This document shows, piece by piece, positions 19,056-28,199 of a stretch of 64,000 nt of DNA. Under the pieces are notes generated by a model, which saw nothing but the letters and a program-made list of their open reading frames with translations, was not told the origin of the DNA and did no database searches. The position numbers were made by a program, and so were the translations under genes. Source of the DNA: an uncultured Anaerolineae bacterium (GTDB lineage: Bacteria > Chloroflexota > Anaerolineae > Aggregatilineales > UBA3940); the NCBI GenBank assembly GCA_964390105.1, contig CAYMGV010000001.1:2-64001 (forward strand). Reading direction: 5' to 3'. The stretch's first letter is position 1, and the number at the start of each line of letters is the position of its first letter.

Positions 19056-19070
19056 GGCCTCACCCGGTTT
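19045..19070. terminator. Bidirectional intrinsic terminator between convergent mutL and LysM genes
   Basis: Perfect 26-bp palindrome AAACCGGGTGAGGCCTCACCCGGTTT. Confidence 0.75.
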
Positions 19071-19079
19071 CTGCCATGT

Positions 19080-20183
19080 CTAACTGCCACCCCATGTAAA
19101 TGACCATGTCTCCGATGGGGAACTGACCGGTGCTGCGCCGGGATTCTCACCCGCGATGATGGTCACCGACCACGTATACGTGATTGATGCGCCAACACCG
19201 GGCTGGAGTTCGGCAGGCACGCGGAGCGCATTACTGCGCGTCACCTGTGTGATTTCATCACCGGATTCGCTGTTGCGGATGGTGATCCGGTAGGCATCGT
19301 CATCCTGCAGCGCACGATTGGCGACCCATTGCAGGATCACGGCCTGACCGCGCGGGATCGTGAAGTCATCCGCCGGGGAGAGTAGGCTGGGTGCAGGTTC
19401 ATCGGGAAGCGGGGTTGGTGTGGCATCCGGCCCACCGGTGGGCGTCAGGGTGGGCGTCAGCGTGATCAGGATCGGAATGCGCAGTTCCTGGTCAAGGTAG
19501 ATGATATCGGTGATACCGTTGGCCTCCTGGATATCCGATACGCGCGTCTCATACTGATAGGCCAACCCAGCCACGGTTTCATTTTCCTGTACGATATGAA
19601 CCCAGTACTGACCATCCGGCGAGATACAGCGGTTATCCAGATTGCAGTTACTGTAATCGGTCGAATCTGCGGCGGGTTCTTCGCCGCTTTCGGCTGATGC
19701 TTCACCCTCAGTGGGCGCGGCCTCCTCGACGGTTTCCGGCTGTGCGCCCGGCGTGGGGGTTTGACGCGGGATCAACAGGACTTCGCTCTCGGTAAGTGGG
19801 TCGTTCTCGCTAGCCATGTTGTTGAGGGCCAGCAGTTCGGGCAGCACATTGAGGTCACGATAGCCATAGAGTTGGATAATGAAAAATAGCGTTTCACCGG
19901 AGGCCACCGTATGCTGATACGGCTCCAGCGTAGCAGTTGCAGCAGGCGTCGGTGTATCGACCGGGGCTTCCGCGGCGGGCACATCAGGGGCCTGTGACGC
20001 GGTCGGTGTTGTGACGACCTCTGCCGCGGCGCTTGGTGTGACCTCGATACTGTCACCACGGCTGCGCAGTACGAGGATCACGCCGATGATGGCCGCAATC
20101 AACACCACGGCCACCACGCCAATCAGGATATAGGAACGGCGTATCGATGCTGCCCTTTTTTGTCTGTATGAATTCTGTCCCAT
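19080..20183 (-). CDS. Membrane-anchored protein with two LysM domains, Pro/Thr linkers and a C-terminal Ig/Fn3-like domain
   Basis: N-terminal TM helix; HTVASGETLFFIIQLYG and HIVQENETVAGLAYQY...IQEANGI...ELRIP LysM-like repeats. Confidence 0.85.
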   Translation of the reverse strand: MGQNSYRQKRAASIRRSYILIGVVAVVLIAAIIGVILVLRSRGDSIEVTPSAAAEVVTTPTASQAPDVPAAEAPVDTPTPAATATLEPYQHTVASGETLFFIIQLYGYRDLNVLPELLALNNMASENDPLTESEVLLIPRQTPTPGAQPETVEEAAPTEGEASAESGEEPAADSTDYSNCNLDNRCISPDGQYWVHIVQENETVAGLAYQYETRVSDIQEANGITDIIYLDQELRIPILITLTPTLTPTGGPDATPTPLPDEPAPSLLSPADDFTIPRGQAVILQWVANRALQDDDAYRITIRNSESGDEITQVTRSNALRVPAELQPGVGASITYTWSVTIIAGENPGAAPVSSPSETWSFTWGGS

Positions 20184-20315
20184 ACCAATCCCTAAACCAG
20201 TTCAGTTGGGTTTCTCAGGGCAGTATATCGCCCTGTAAGCGGTTTTCCCACCTTGCACAGGGCGGCCTGCCGCCGTTATCCTAATGAAACTTACAATCAA
20301 CGGGAAGGTGACCTG

Positions 20316-20894
20316 ATGAATCGCGATGATGCGCTGGCGCTGGTGCGTGACTACGTTAAGAGCGAGAGCCTGGTGCAGCACATGCTGTCTGTCGAGGCGG
20401 CTATGCGCGCCTATGCTGAACACTATGGCGAAGATATCGAAAGCTGGGGGCGGGTCGGGCTGCTGCACGACTTCGACTGGGAGATTCACCCGAACCTCGA
20501 TGAACACCCGATGAATGGCGCACCCATCCTACGTGAGCGCGGCGTCGCTGAGCAGGATGTCCGCACCATCCTCAGCCATGCTGACCGCTCAGGGGTGCCG
20601 AGGGCAACTCTGCGTGACAGGGCACTTTATGCCTGTGACGAGATCACGGGGTTGATCACAGCAACAGCGCTGGTGCGCCCATCAAAAAACATCGCTGACG
20701 TGACGGTGAAATCGATCAGAAAGAAGTACAAGGATAAATCCTTCGCCGCTGGTGTGATCCGTGAGGAAGTCGAACATGGCTGCGCTGAATTGGGTGTCGA
20801 CCTGTGGGAGGAACACGTGCCCCGTGTACTGGCAGCCATGCAGGGCATCGCTGCCGAACTGGACCTGGACGGACGCAAAGCTGCTTCCTGGTAA
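20316..20894 (+). CDS. HDIG/HD domain metal-dependent phosphohydrolase
   Basis: HMLSVEAAM, GLLHDFDWE, HP..G, ILSHA, ACDEITGLI, VRPSK, FAAGV.R. Start MNRDD with a GAAGG RBS. Confidence 0.88.
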   Translation: MNRDDALALVRDYVKSESLVQHMLSVEAAMRAYAEHYGEDIESWGRVGLLHDFDWEIHPNLDEHPMNGAPILRERGVAEQDVRTILSHADRSGVPRATLRDRALYACDEITGLITATALVRPSKNIADVTVKSIRKKYKDKSFAAGVIREEVEHGCAELGVDLWEEHVPRVLAAMQGIAAELDLDGRKAASW

Positions 20895-20899
20895 AAAGG

Positions 20900-20927
20900 T
20901 TGACGTCGGGCCGCCGCACGCTATAAT
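20900..20927 (+). promoter_or_regulatory. Sigma70-type promoter of tRNA-Lys
   Basis: TTGACG (20900-20905), 16 bp, TATAAT (20922-20927), ending 18 bp before the tRNA. Confidence 0.8.
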
Positions 20928-20945
20928 TATGGTTCGAATTGAGAC

Positions 20946-21018
20946 GGCCCACTAGCTCAATTGGCAGAGCAGTTGACTCTTAATCAATTGGTTCCAGGTT
21001 CGAGTCCTGGGTGGGTCA
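20946..21018 (+). tRNA. tRNA-Lys (anticodon CTT); CCA end not encoded
   Basis: Acceptor GGCCCAC/GTGGGTC; D arm GCTC-AATTGGCA-GAGC; anticodon arm GTTGA-CT CTT AA-TCAAT; T arm CCAGG-TTCGAGT-CCTGG; discriminator A followed by CT. Confidence 0.96.
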
Positions 21019-21022
21019 CTCC

Positions 21023-21049
21023 AACCGCCCTCGCGTGAGGGCGGTTTTT
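21023..21049 (+). terminator. Intrinsic terminator after tRNA-Lys
   Basis: AACCGCCCTC-GCGT-GAGGGCGGTT followed by a T tract. Confidence 0.85.
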
Positions 21050-21236
21050 GATTCTAGTTCGTGATATCGAACGGCAGCATATACGGTTCTCCGATGCGTT
21101 CCAGTGAGACGCGGTTATACAATCCCACTGTGCCAGGATAGATGCAACAACTGATTGACGGTGACCGCCCCGTATGATAACAGGAGGAGTGTCCCCCATC
21201 AATGCCACTGATTAAGCGCTCAAGGAGTTTTCAGAA

Positions 21237-22028
21237 TCATGACCAAGGAGTCTTTGGACGTTCCTCCAGCACCCCATCGACGTAAATATCGGCCTTCTCA
21301 TTATAAAAGCACATCGTGCCTGCCAGCTTCGGCTGCTCCGGGACGGGGGCAGGATAGTACCACACCACGTTTTCATGCAGCGCATCACCAACCTTCACCG
21401 AGTAATACGACGCCGTGCCTTTATAGGGGCAGGCGGTATGTTTCTCGGTGGGAGTGAGGAAATCGGTGTTCACGTCTTCATCCGGGATGTAGTAACGAGT
21501 TGGCAGACCGGTCTCAAACAGGCAGTAGGCTCGGTTGGTCTCCGCGATGGCCGTTCCATCGATCGCCACACGGATATGCCGGTCACTGAGTACCGTATCG
21601 ACACGGTGCCACGGGTCACGCGGATGCACGAAAATCTGCTCGGCTTCCTCGTACCACGCATCCATGGCCTTCCAGTCAAACCCGATACAGCCGCGCATGT
21701 CAGGGCGTTTGTCTTTTAGGTCAATGTACTCCCAGGCGGCATTCTCGGCAGTCCACTCACCGACCGTCACATGCCAGTGAACTGCCCGCCCGCGCCAGCC
21801 GGATTCATGGATGTGATCGCTCTCAACCAGATAGCCCTCGCTGACATCCTCTTTGGGGAACAGGTAATGAATCGAGCGCGGGGATTCACGCAGCAGCATG
21901 GCGCGGTCACTGCGGGCTACCACCTCGCCGCCATACATCACTGTGATACGCCGCCCGGTCGGCCCGTAGCGCAGGCCAATATCTTCCTGCTGTGTAAACA
22001 CCATCAACACCCTCCGTATGATACTCAA
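21237..22028 (-). CDS. Tandem DUF427 (NTP_transf_9-like) protein
   Basis: Two repeats: YLFPKEDV...AENAAWEY...MDAWYEE, linker HPRDPWHRVD, then FETGLPTRYYIP...TACPYKGTASYY...ENVVWYYP. Confidence 0.88.
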   Translation of the reverse strand: MSIIRRVLMVFTQQEDIGLRYGPTGRRITVMYGGEVVARSDRAMLLRESPRSIHYLFPKEDVSEGYLVESDHIHESGWRGRAVHWHVTVGEWTAENAAWEYIDLKDKRPDMRGCIGFDWKAMDAWYEEAEQIFVHPRDPWHRVDTVLSDRHIRVAIDGTAIAETNRAYCLFETGLPTRYYIPDEDVNTDFLTPTEKHTACPYKGTASYYSVKVGDALHENVVWYYPAPVPEQPKLAGTMCFYNEKADIYVDGVLEERPKTPWS

Positions 22029-22117
22029 TACTCATCGCGTCATTAGATCAAGCCTGATATGGCTCTGTATACTCTGATCGATGTAAATTGATGGTACCCA
22101 AAAACTGCGAGGGAACA

Positions 22118-22402
22118 ATGGCAAAAGCAACATGGAAGAACATCGTACTGGCCGAAAGCGACCAGACCATCATGGTTGAAGGAAATCACTACTTCCCGCC
22201 GGAATCGGTGAACATGGACCTGTTCAGTGAAAGTACGTATCACACCGTCTGCCCATGGAAGGGCAAGGCCGATTACTTCACGGTGACGGTCGATGGGGAA
22301 GTCAACGAGAACGCAGCATGGACCTACCCGGAACCCAAGGATGCAGCGAAAAATATCAAAGATTACGTGGCGTTCTGGCGTGGTGTGGCCGTTGAGGGCT
22401 AA
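22118..22402 (+). CDS. Single-domain DUF427 protein
   Basis: AKATW..IVLAESD...VEGNHYFPP, TVCPWKGKADY, NENAAWTYPEPK.AA..IKDYVAFW. GAGGG RBS before ATG 22118. Confidence 0.9.
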   Translation: MAKATWKNIVLAESDQTIMVEGNHYFPPESVNMDLFSESTYHTVCPWKGKADYFTVTVDGEVNENAAWTYPEPKDAAKNIKDYVAFWRGVAVEG

Positions 22403-22414
22403 CAGACTCACGAC

Positions 22415-22448
22415 ATGAGGCTCACCTGTCTCAGATGGTGGGCCTCAT
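22415..22448 (+). terminator. Hairpin after DUF427 gene, possible terminator
   Basis: ATGAGGCTCACC...GGTGGGCCTCAT inverted repeat with a weak U tract. Confidence 0.45.
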
Positions 22449-22516
22449 TGGCATTTCTCCCCGCTTCAACGATAATCAGCTTATCCACTGATGATCATCA
22501 CCATCCGTAAGGCCCT

Positions 22517-24070
22517 ATGGCAGCAGACAGCCCAACCGCGCACATTCAGCAGTTGATCAAAGATGGCGACCACGAAGCCGCATACCGGGCCGCACGCGCC
22601 TACCTGCGCGAGAACCCACACAGCGTCGAAGGGTGGGCACTGTATGCCCGCCTGACCCCCGACTCCGACGAACGCTACCGGGCCTTGCAGCGCGTTTATG
22701 CACTGGCGGAGAAGCCGCACCAGGGGGAGTGGGCACGCAAGCAGTTGATCGAGATGCAGCGGGGCAGCCTGGCTGAACATGGGCGGGGCGGCCTTCCGAT
22801 CCCGGTAGATACGCTGCTGGGAATTGCCGCCGTAGTACTGACCCTGGTCATCGTGGGGCTGATCGCTGCCTTCACACGGAGCAGACCAAGCCAGATCAGT
22901 GCACTCCCGACTGCCACGGAGGTGTCGATCCAGCAGATATTCATTCTGACGGCCAGTGCCTTCCCATCTGAAACACCTACTATCACGCCTACAGGCACCG
23001 ACACCGCAACACCACCCCCTACGCACACGCCACGACCAACAAATACCCCACCAGGCACCCACACCCCGACGCCGACCTTGACACTGACACCGACAGTCAC
23101 ACCGCGCACCACCAATACCCCGATCCCCAGCAATGCCGCGTTTGGGCCGGCGCTTGAACTGGGCGGGCAGGTTGCGGACAGGGCCGTCAGTCATCCCGAC
23201 CTGATGCGCTCGGCGGGGATGTCGTGGGTCAAGTTCCAGGTCAACTTCAATAATGTCAGCATGGGGGATGTTAATGCACTGATCCAGTCAGCGCATGCAC
23301 AGGGCTTCCGAGTGCTGCTGAGTATCCTCGGCGATTACAAGCCTACCACCATTGATTTCACCGGGTACACGGCCTATGTGGAGAACGCCGCGCGATTGGG
23401 ACCAGACGCCATTGAAGTCTGGAATGAACCGAACATCGACAGCGAATGGCCGACCGGGACACTGGACCCGGCACTGTACGTACGCTCGATGCTGGCTCCC
23501 GCCTACCGCGCGATCAAGGCTGTTGACCCAACCATCATTGTGATCTCGGCGGGGCTGGCCCCGACCGGGGTGCATACTGTCGATACGGTATGGAGCGACG
23601 AGTATTACTACCGTGATATGAGGTCAGCGGGGCTGACGGCCTACGCGGACTGCATCGGGATGCACCACAACTCGATGGCGACCGCGCCGGATGCAGCCAG
23701 CGGCCACCCCGGTGATGATGGACGTCAGCATTACAGTTGGTACTTCGGCTCGACGCTGGACAGCACACGGACGCGGGTAGGCAGCGCCCGCCCGATCTGC
23801 ATCACAGAGCTGGGTGTGCTGTCACCGGATGGATTCTCCGCACTGCCTGCCGACTGGCAGTGGGCGGCAGGCACCAACGCCAGCGAACAGGCGGCCTGGC
23901 TGGCGGAGGCCGTCCGCATGGCGCGGGAACGCGGATACGTGCGGCAAATCTTCATCTGGAACGTGGATTTCACCCGCTACGATGTCGATCCGCAGGCCGG
24001 GTTTGCCATTCTCCGGCCCGATGGAACCTGCCCGGCCTGCGAGCCGCTTCAGTCTTCACTTTCCGGCTGA
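22517..24070 (+). CDS. Membrane-anchored glycoside hydrolase (clan GH-A-like) with a cytoplasmic helical TPR-like N-domain and a Pro/Thr linker
   Basis: Helical N-terminus, one TM helix, long TP repeats, then AGMSWVKFQ, acid/base motif IEVWNEPN, nucleophile motif PICITELG, IFIWNVDF. Confidence 0.8.
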   Translation: MAADSPTAHIQQLIKDGDHEAAYRAARAYLRENPHSVEGWALYARLTPDSDERYRALQRVYALAEKPHQGEWARKQLIEMQRGSLAEHGRGGLPIPVDTLLGIAAVVLTLVIVGLIAAFTRSRPSQISALPTATEVSIQQIFILTASAFPSETPTITPTGTDTATPPPTHTPRPTNTPPGTHTPTPTLTLTPTVTPRTTNTPIPSNAAFGPALELGGQVADRAVSHPDLMRSAGMSWVKFQVNFNNVSMGDVNALIQSAHAQGFRVLLSILGDYKPTTIDFTGYTAYVENAARLGPDAIEVWNEPNIDSEWPTGTLDPALYVRSMLAPAYRAIKAVDPTIIVISAGLAPTGVHTVDTVWSDEYYYRDMRSAGLTAYADCIGMHHNSMATAPDAASGHPGDDGRQHYSWYFGSTLDSTRTRVGSARPICITELGVLSPDGFSALPADWQWAAGTNASEQAAWLAEAVRMARERGYVRQIFIWNVDFTRYDVDPQAGFAILRPDGTCPACEPLQSSLSG

Positions 24071-25242
24071 TCCGCAACGCCCGGCTGCGGCTCATTGAGG
24101 TGTGGCATTTCCGGGTTTTCGGCACTGCTCATGATCAGTTCTGCAATCTCATAGGCAGCGCGCGGCTTACCGATCTTGCGAGCCATCGCGCGGCGCTTCT
24201 TGAGTTCGGCCCCGTCATGGGCCAGCCACGAGACCACCGTGGTCAGCACCCCCACCGGCCCCGGTGACCAATCCCCCGCGCCTGATTCCGTCACATATTT
24301 GACGTTGCCGATCTCCTGCCCGGGCAGCGCATCGAACAGCGCCAGCGGCTTGCCGCAGGCCAGCGACTCGCTGACGATCAGGCCACCCGCCTTGCATACC
24401 ACGAAGTCGGCGGCTTTCATCATCTCAGGCAGATTGTTGACATGCCCGTAGACATGCACGCGGCTTTTCCATGTTAGTGCGCGCAGTTTGGCTTCCGTCT
24501 CGGCATCGCCACCGGAAACCGCCGCGATCTGAAGCTCAAGCCCGGAGCGATCCAGCATCTGCACGACCCCGGCGGTCTGCGTGCTGCGTGCCGAACCGAC
24601 CACCAGTGCGGTCATCTGGTCGGTCTTCCAGCCCAGTGCTTCGCGGATTTCAGCGATGGGGCGCGTCTCCCGCGCAATGCCGGGATGCACGGGCAGGCCG
24701 GTCAGCTTCACCTGCCTCTTATCGAGGCCGTTATCGAGCGCAAGCTTGTACACAGCCCCGGTTGGAACGAAAGTGTAATCGGCGGCCTTGTTAAACCACA
24801 GTGCATGTACCCCCACGAGATCGGTCACGACCACATGTACCGGGGTATTGTACTTGGCTCCCACCTGTTGCAAAGCCCGCATGGCGGAGACGTTGTAGCT
24901 GGGGTGGGTGGAGAGCACCACGTCCGGCTGCTGGTTGTACAGCACTTTGATCAAGGTCTTGTTCATCGCCGTTGTGGTGACTTCCTGCATCAACTGGGCC
25001 ATGACCGGGGCATCGGTGACGTTGTACCACAGCCGGTACAGGTTCGGGTCATCCATTACCATATCGTCATAGCCCGTCTCAAGGCGACGTATCAGATTTG
25101 GTATATCGGGGTCATTAATCGGGTTGACAATGGAGACCTCGACGGTTTCCGGATACAATTCCTGGAGTGCCGCACTGATGGCCTCTGACGCCTTGCGGTG
25201 CCCAAACCCTGCATCCGAGGTTAAAATTAACACTTTCTTCAT
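24049..25242 (-). CDS. Diacylglycerol glycosyltransferase (MGDG synthase/UgtP-like, GT28)
   Basis: LILTSDAGFGHRKAS, PDVVLSTHP, VVVTD...H..W, TGLPV, M.AADFVVCKAGGLIVSESLA, LPGQEIGN. Confidence 0.88.
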   Translation of the reverse strand: MKKVLILTSDAGFGHRKASEAISAALQELYPETVEVSIVNPINDPDIPNLIRRLETGYDDMVMDDPNLYRLWYNVTDAPVMAQLMQEVTTTAMNKTLIKVLYNQQPDVVLSTHPSYNVSAMRALQQVGAKYNTPVHVVVTDLVGVHALWFNKAADYTFVPTGAVYKLALDNGLDKRQVKLTGLPVHPGIARETRPIAEIREALGWKTDQMTALVVGSARSTQTAGVVQMLDRSGLELQIAAVSGGDAETEAKLRALTWKSRVHVYGHVNNLPEMMKAADFVVCKAGGLIVSESLACGKPLALFDALPGQEIGNVKYVTESGAGDWSPGPVGVLTTVVSWLAHDGAELKKRRAMARKIGKPRAAYEIAELIMSSAENPEMPHLNEPQPGVADQPESED

Positions 25243-25308
25243 TCAGCCTTCTCCCTGGTGTGTGATTGATGTGTCGTCTATAAATTAGTATACGGGAAGA
25301 ACCTCCTG

Positions 25309-26676
25309 ATGGTCCCATTATCTAAACATGATTTTAGAAATTTCTATCGTTTTTCTGATGGATTCCGCTGGGGCACCGCCACATCGTCCTACCAGGTCGA
25401 GGGCGGGCTTACCCATAACGACTGGTACCTTGCTGAGCAACTTGGCGGCTACGTATACGAGAACCAGACTGCCGGGCTGGCCTGTGACTGGTGGCACCGT
25501 GCCGAGGAGGACATCACACGGATGGCCGACCTTAACCAGAACACGCATCGGCTATCCATTGAGTGGAGCCGTGTCGAACCCAGCCCCGGGGCCTGGGCCG
25601 AGGATGCCATCGCCCGGTACCGTGAAATCCTGCTGGCCATGCGGGCGGCGGGCATCGAGCCAATGGTGACACTGCATCACTTCACCAACCCGATCTGGCT
25701 GGCCGAGATCGGTGGCTGGGAGAACGAGGCCGTGGTGACGTACTTCCAGCGCTATGCGCACAAGATCATGAGCGCACTGGGCGATCTCACCATGCTGTGG
25801 TGTACCATCAATGAGCCTGCTGTCATGATCGGGCAGGCTTACACGCTGGGCCGCTGGTGGCCGGGGAAAAAGGACCTCAACGCCGCCATCAAAGCCGCCA
25901 TCAACGTGGTAAAGGCCCATGCGGCTGCGTACCATACCATCCATGAGTTACGTCCTGATGCGCGGGTCGGTATCGCAAAGCATATGATGATCTGGCAGCC
26001 GTGGCGTAACTGGATGCCCAACGACCATCTCGGCACGCGCATACTGGAGCATTTCTTCCACCACCTCCCCATCACCATGATGACCGAGGGTATCATGCGC
26101 ATTCCGGGGCGGCGTTCGGTGCTGATGCCGGAGGCTGCCAACACGCTTGACTGGCTGGGCGTGAATTACTACCAGCGCTACCGTGTCTCCCTGAACCTGC
26201 GCGACCTGGTGCGCGGGCAAGGGCTGCCACTCCAGCAGCACACCGATGAGCACATTCAGCGCGGGCCGGGCGGTTGGGGCGAGATTTACCCGCACGGGCT
26301 GTATCACAATCTGCGTATGCTGTGGAAGCGCTATCGCCTGCCGATGTTCATCACTGAAAACGGCATACCTGATGAACATGACACGTTCCGCTCCTCATTC
26401 ATCGTTAGTCACCTGTACCAGGTATGGAAGGCCCGTGAGCAGGGGGTGCCCGTGCTGGGCTATTACTTCTGGAGCCTGCTGGATAACTTCGAGTGGACGG
26501 AGGGCTATGACCCGCGTTTCCGCTTTGGGCTGTACGGCGTCGATTTCAACACGCAGACACGCACCCTGCGAGACAGTGGAAGATTATACGGGACCATCAG
26601 CCGTGCCCACGGGCTGACCCGTGACCTGACCGCGCAGTATACCCCGACCCTGCTGCCATCGCTGTTCGCGGTATAA
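25309..26676 (+). CDS. Glycoside hydrolase family 1 (beta-glucosidase)
   Basis: FRWGTATSSYQVEGG, RLSIEWSRVEP, TLHHF, TINEP (acid/base), GVNYY, ITENG (nucleophile), WSLLDNFEW.EGY. Confidence 0.93.
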   Translation: MVPLSKHDFRNFYRFSDGFRWGTATSSYQVEGGLTHNDWYLAEQLGGYVYENQTAGLACDWWHRAEEDITRMADLNQNTHRLSIEWSRVEPSPGAWAEDAIARYREILLAMRAAGIEPMVTLHHFTNPIWLAEIGGWENEAVVTYFQRYAHKIMSALGDLTMLWCTINEPAVMIGQAYTLGRWWPGKKDLNAAIKAAINVVKAHAAAYHTIHELRPDARVGIAKHMMIWQPWRNWMPNDHLGTRILEHFFHHLPITMMTEGIMRIPGRRSVLMPEAANTLDWLGVNYYQRYRVSLNLRDLVRGQGLPLQQHTDEHIQRGPGGWGEIYPHGLYHNLRMLWKRYRLPMFITENGIPDEHDTFRSSFIVSHLYQVWKAREQGVPVLGYYFWSLLDNFEWTEGYDPRFRFGLYGVDFNTQTRTLRDSGRLYGTISRAHGLTRDLTAQYTPTLLPSLFAV

Positions 26677-26812
26677 GCATAAGCTGCCCAGGACGTGGAT
26701 CAGAGAGTTATCACAGACCCTGATGGCAAAGGGCACTTATGCAGATTAGCCAACCTGTGCCATGATGAAGAGAGAACCGACCTTCAACGCACACACAATA
26801 GAGGAGCAGGCT

Positions 26813-28042
26813 ATGAGTACCAACTGGGCAGACCACTACTCTGAGCGGAGCACCCGTATCAAGAGTTCCGCCATCCGGGAGATTCTCAAGATCACGCAAA
26901 TGCCGGGCGTGATCTCGTTTGCAGGCGGACTGCCCGCCCCTGACCTATTCCCCGTTGAGCGCGTCGAAGCGGCTACGCAGGCAGTGCTGAAAAAGAACCC
27001 CGTCGGGGCGCTGCAATACGGACTCACCGAGGGCTACCTGCCGCTGCGCAAGATGGTGGCCGGGATGATCCAGGAACAGGGCATCGCATGTGATGCCAGC
27101 AACGTACTGATCACCTCCGGGTCACAGCAGGCACTCGACCTGATCGGCAAGTTGTTCATTGATGAGGGGCAGAAGATCCTGGTCGAGGCACCGACGTATC
27201 TCGGTGCCATCGGGGCATGGAAACCCTACGGTGCCGAGTACATCCAGGTACCGTCCGATGAGAACGGTATGCAGGTTGAGACCATCGACGATGCGGTGTT
27301 TGAGCAGCACCCGGGGATGCTGTACGTCGTACCTACCTTCCAGAACCCCTCCGGCACCACGATGACGCGGGATCGGCGCGAGAGGCTCGTCAGGATGGCA
27401 AATGAGCGCGGCCTGCCCGTCATCGAGGATGACCCCTACGGTGAACTACGCTACGAGGGGGAGGTTCAACCTTCGCTGCTGGAGCTGGATGCCAAACAAC
27501 GCACCGACCACGCCGAAGCGTTCTCGGCGGGTAATGTGATCTACCTGAGTACCTTCTCAAAAACGCTGTGCCCCGGCTTCCGTGTGGCGTGGGTGGTCGC
27601 CCCCACCGAGGTCATCGGCAAGCTGGCACAGACCAAGCAGGGCACCGACCTGCAAACCAGCTCTTTCACGCAGATGGTGGCCCATGAGCTGGCGAGCGAT
27701 GGCTTTCTCGAACAGCACATTGACGTACTGCGTGCGGCTTATCGCATGCGCCGCGACCAAATGCTCGACCTGCTGGATGAGTTCTTTGCGCCGCTGGGTG
27801 TTACATGGAATCATCCACAGGGTGGGCTGTTTATCTGGGCGAGGCTGCCCGAAGGGGTCAACACAACTGAACTGCTGCCCAAGGCCATCGAGAAGAAGGT
27901 GGCCTATGTGCCGGGCGCGCCGTTCTTCCCGAAAGGCGGTGGTGAGAACACCCTGCGGCTGAACTTCTCCAATGCCACACCGGAGCAGCTTGAACAGGGT
28001 ATGGCCCGGCTGACCGAGGTCTTCCGAAAGGAACTCGGCTAA
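26813..28042 (+). CDS. PLP-dependent aminotransferase class I/II (2-aminoadipate transaminase LysN-like)
   Basis: SAIREILK, ISFAGGLP, LQYG.TEG, FQNPSG, EDDPYGEL, STFSKTLCPGFRVAW, LRLNFS. Start MSTNW with a GAGGAG RBS. Confidence 0.9.
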   Translation: MSTNWADHYSERSTRIKSSAIREILKITQMPGVISFAGGLPAPDLFPVERVEAATQAVLKKNPVGALQYGLTEGYLPLRKMVAGMIQEQGIACDASNVLITSGSQQALDLIGKLFIDEGQKILVEAPTYLGAIGAWKPYGAEYIQVPSDENGMQVETIDDAVFEQHPGMLYVVPTFQNPSGTTMTRDRRERLVRMANERGLPVIEDDPYGELRYEGEVQPSLLELDAKQRTDHAEAFSAGNVIYLSTFSKTLCPGFRVAWVVAPTEVIGKLAQTKQGTDLQTSSFTQMVAHELASDGFLEQHIDVLRAAYRMRRDQMLDLLDEFFAPLGVTWNHPQGGLFIWARLPEGVNTTELLPKAIEKKVAYVPGAPFFPKGGGENTLRLNFSNATPEQLEQGMARLTEVFRKELG

Positions 28043-28059
28043 AAGAAACGTGTGGAGGC

Positions 28060-28096
28060 GCAAAGGCGAGGGACCGTACGGTGCCCTCGCTTTTGC
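28060..28096 (+). terminator. Intrinsic terminator after the aminotransferase
   Basis: GCAAAGGCGAGGG...CCCTCGCTTTTGC hairpin. Confidence 0.65.
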
Positions 28097-28199
28097 CTGG
28101 ATACCCCCGCGCGGTTGTTGGGGTGTGAGGGGCTACGCTATAATCTCGGAACCCGCAAGCCTATTCGGTCGCTTGATACACAGGATTTGACCTTCAATT

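Noticed and set aside
20946-21236. tRNA-Lys as a possible island integration site
   Set aside because: No integrase, no duplicated tRNA 3' end seen, and no evident compositional shift downstream.
21155-21457. TTGACG, AGGAGG and AAGGAG motifs downstream of the tRNA with a 72-aa ORF antisense to the tandem DUF427 gene
   Set aside because: No properly spaced -10 element, AGGAGG is not well spaced to a start codon, and the peptide looks non-coding. An antisense transcript cannot be excluded but is unsupported.
22960-23130. Repetitive ACC/CCG-rich DNA resembling a tandem repeat or CRISPR
   Set aside because: It encodes the Thr/Pro linker of the GH protein and has no fixed repeat-spacer periodicity.
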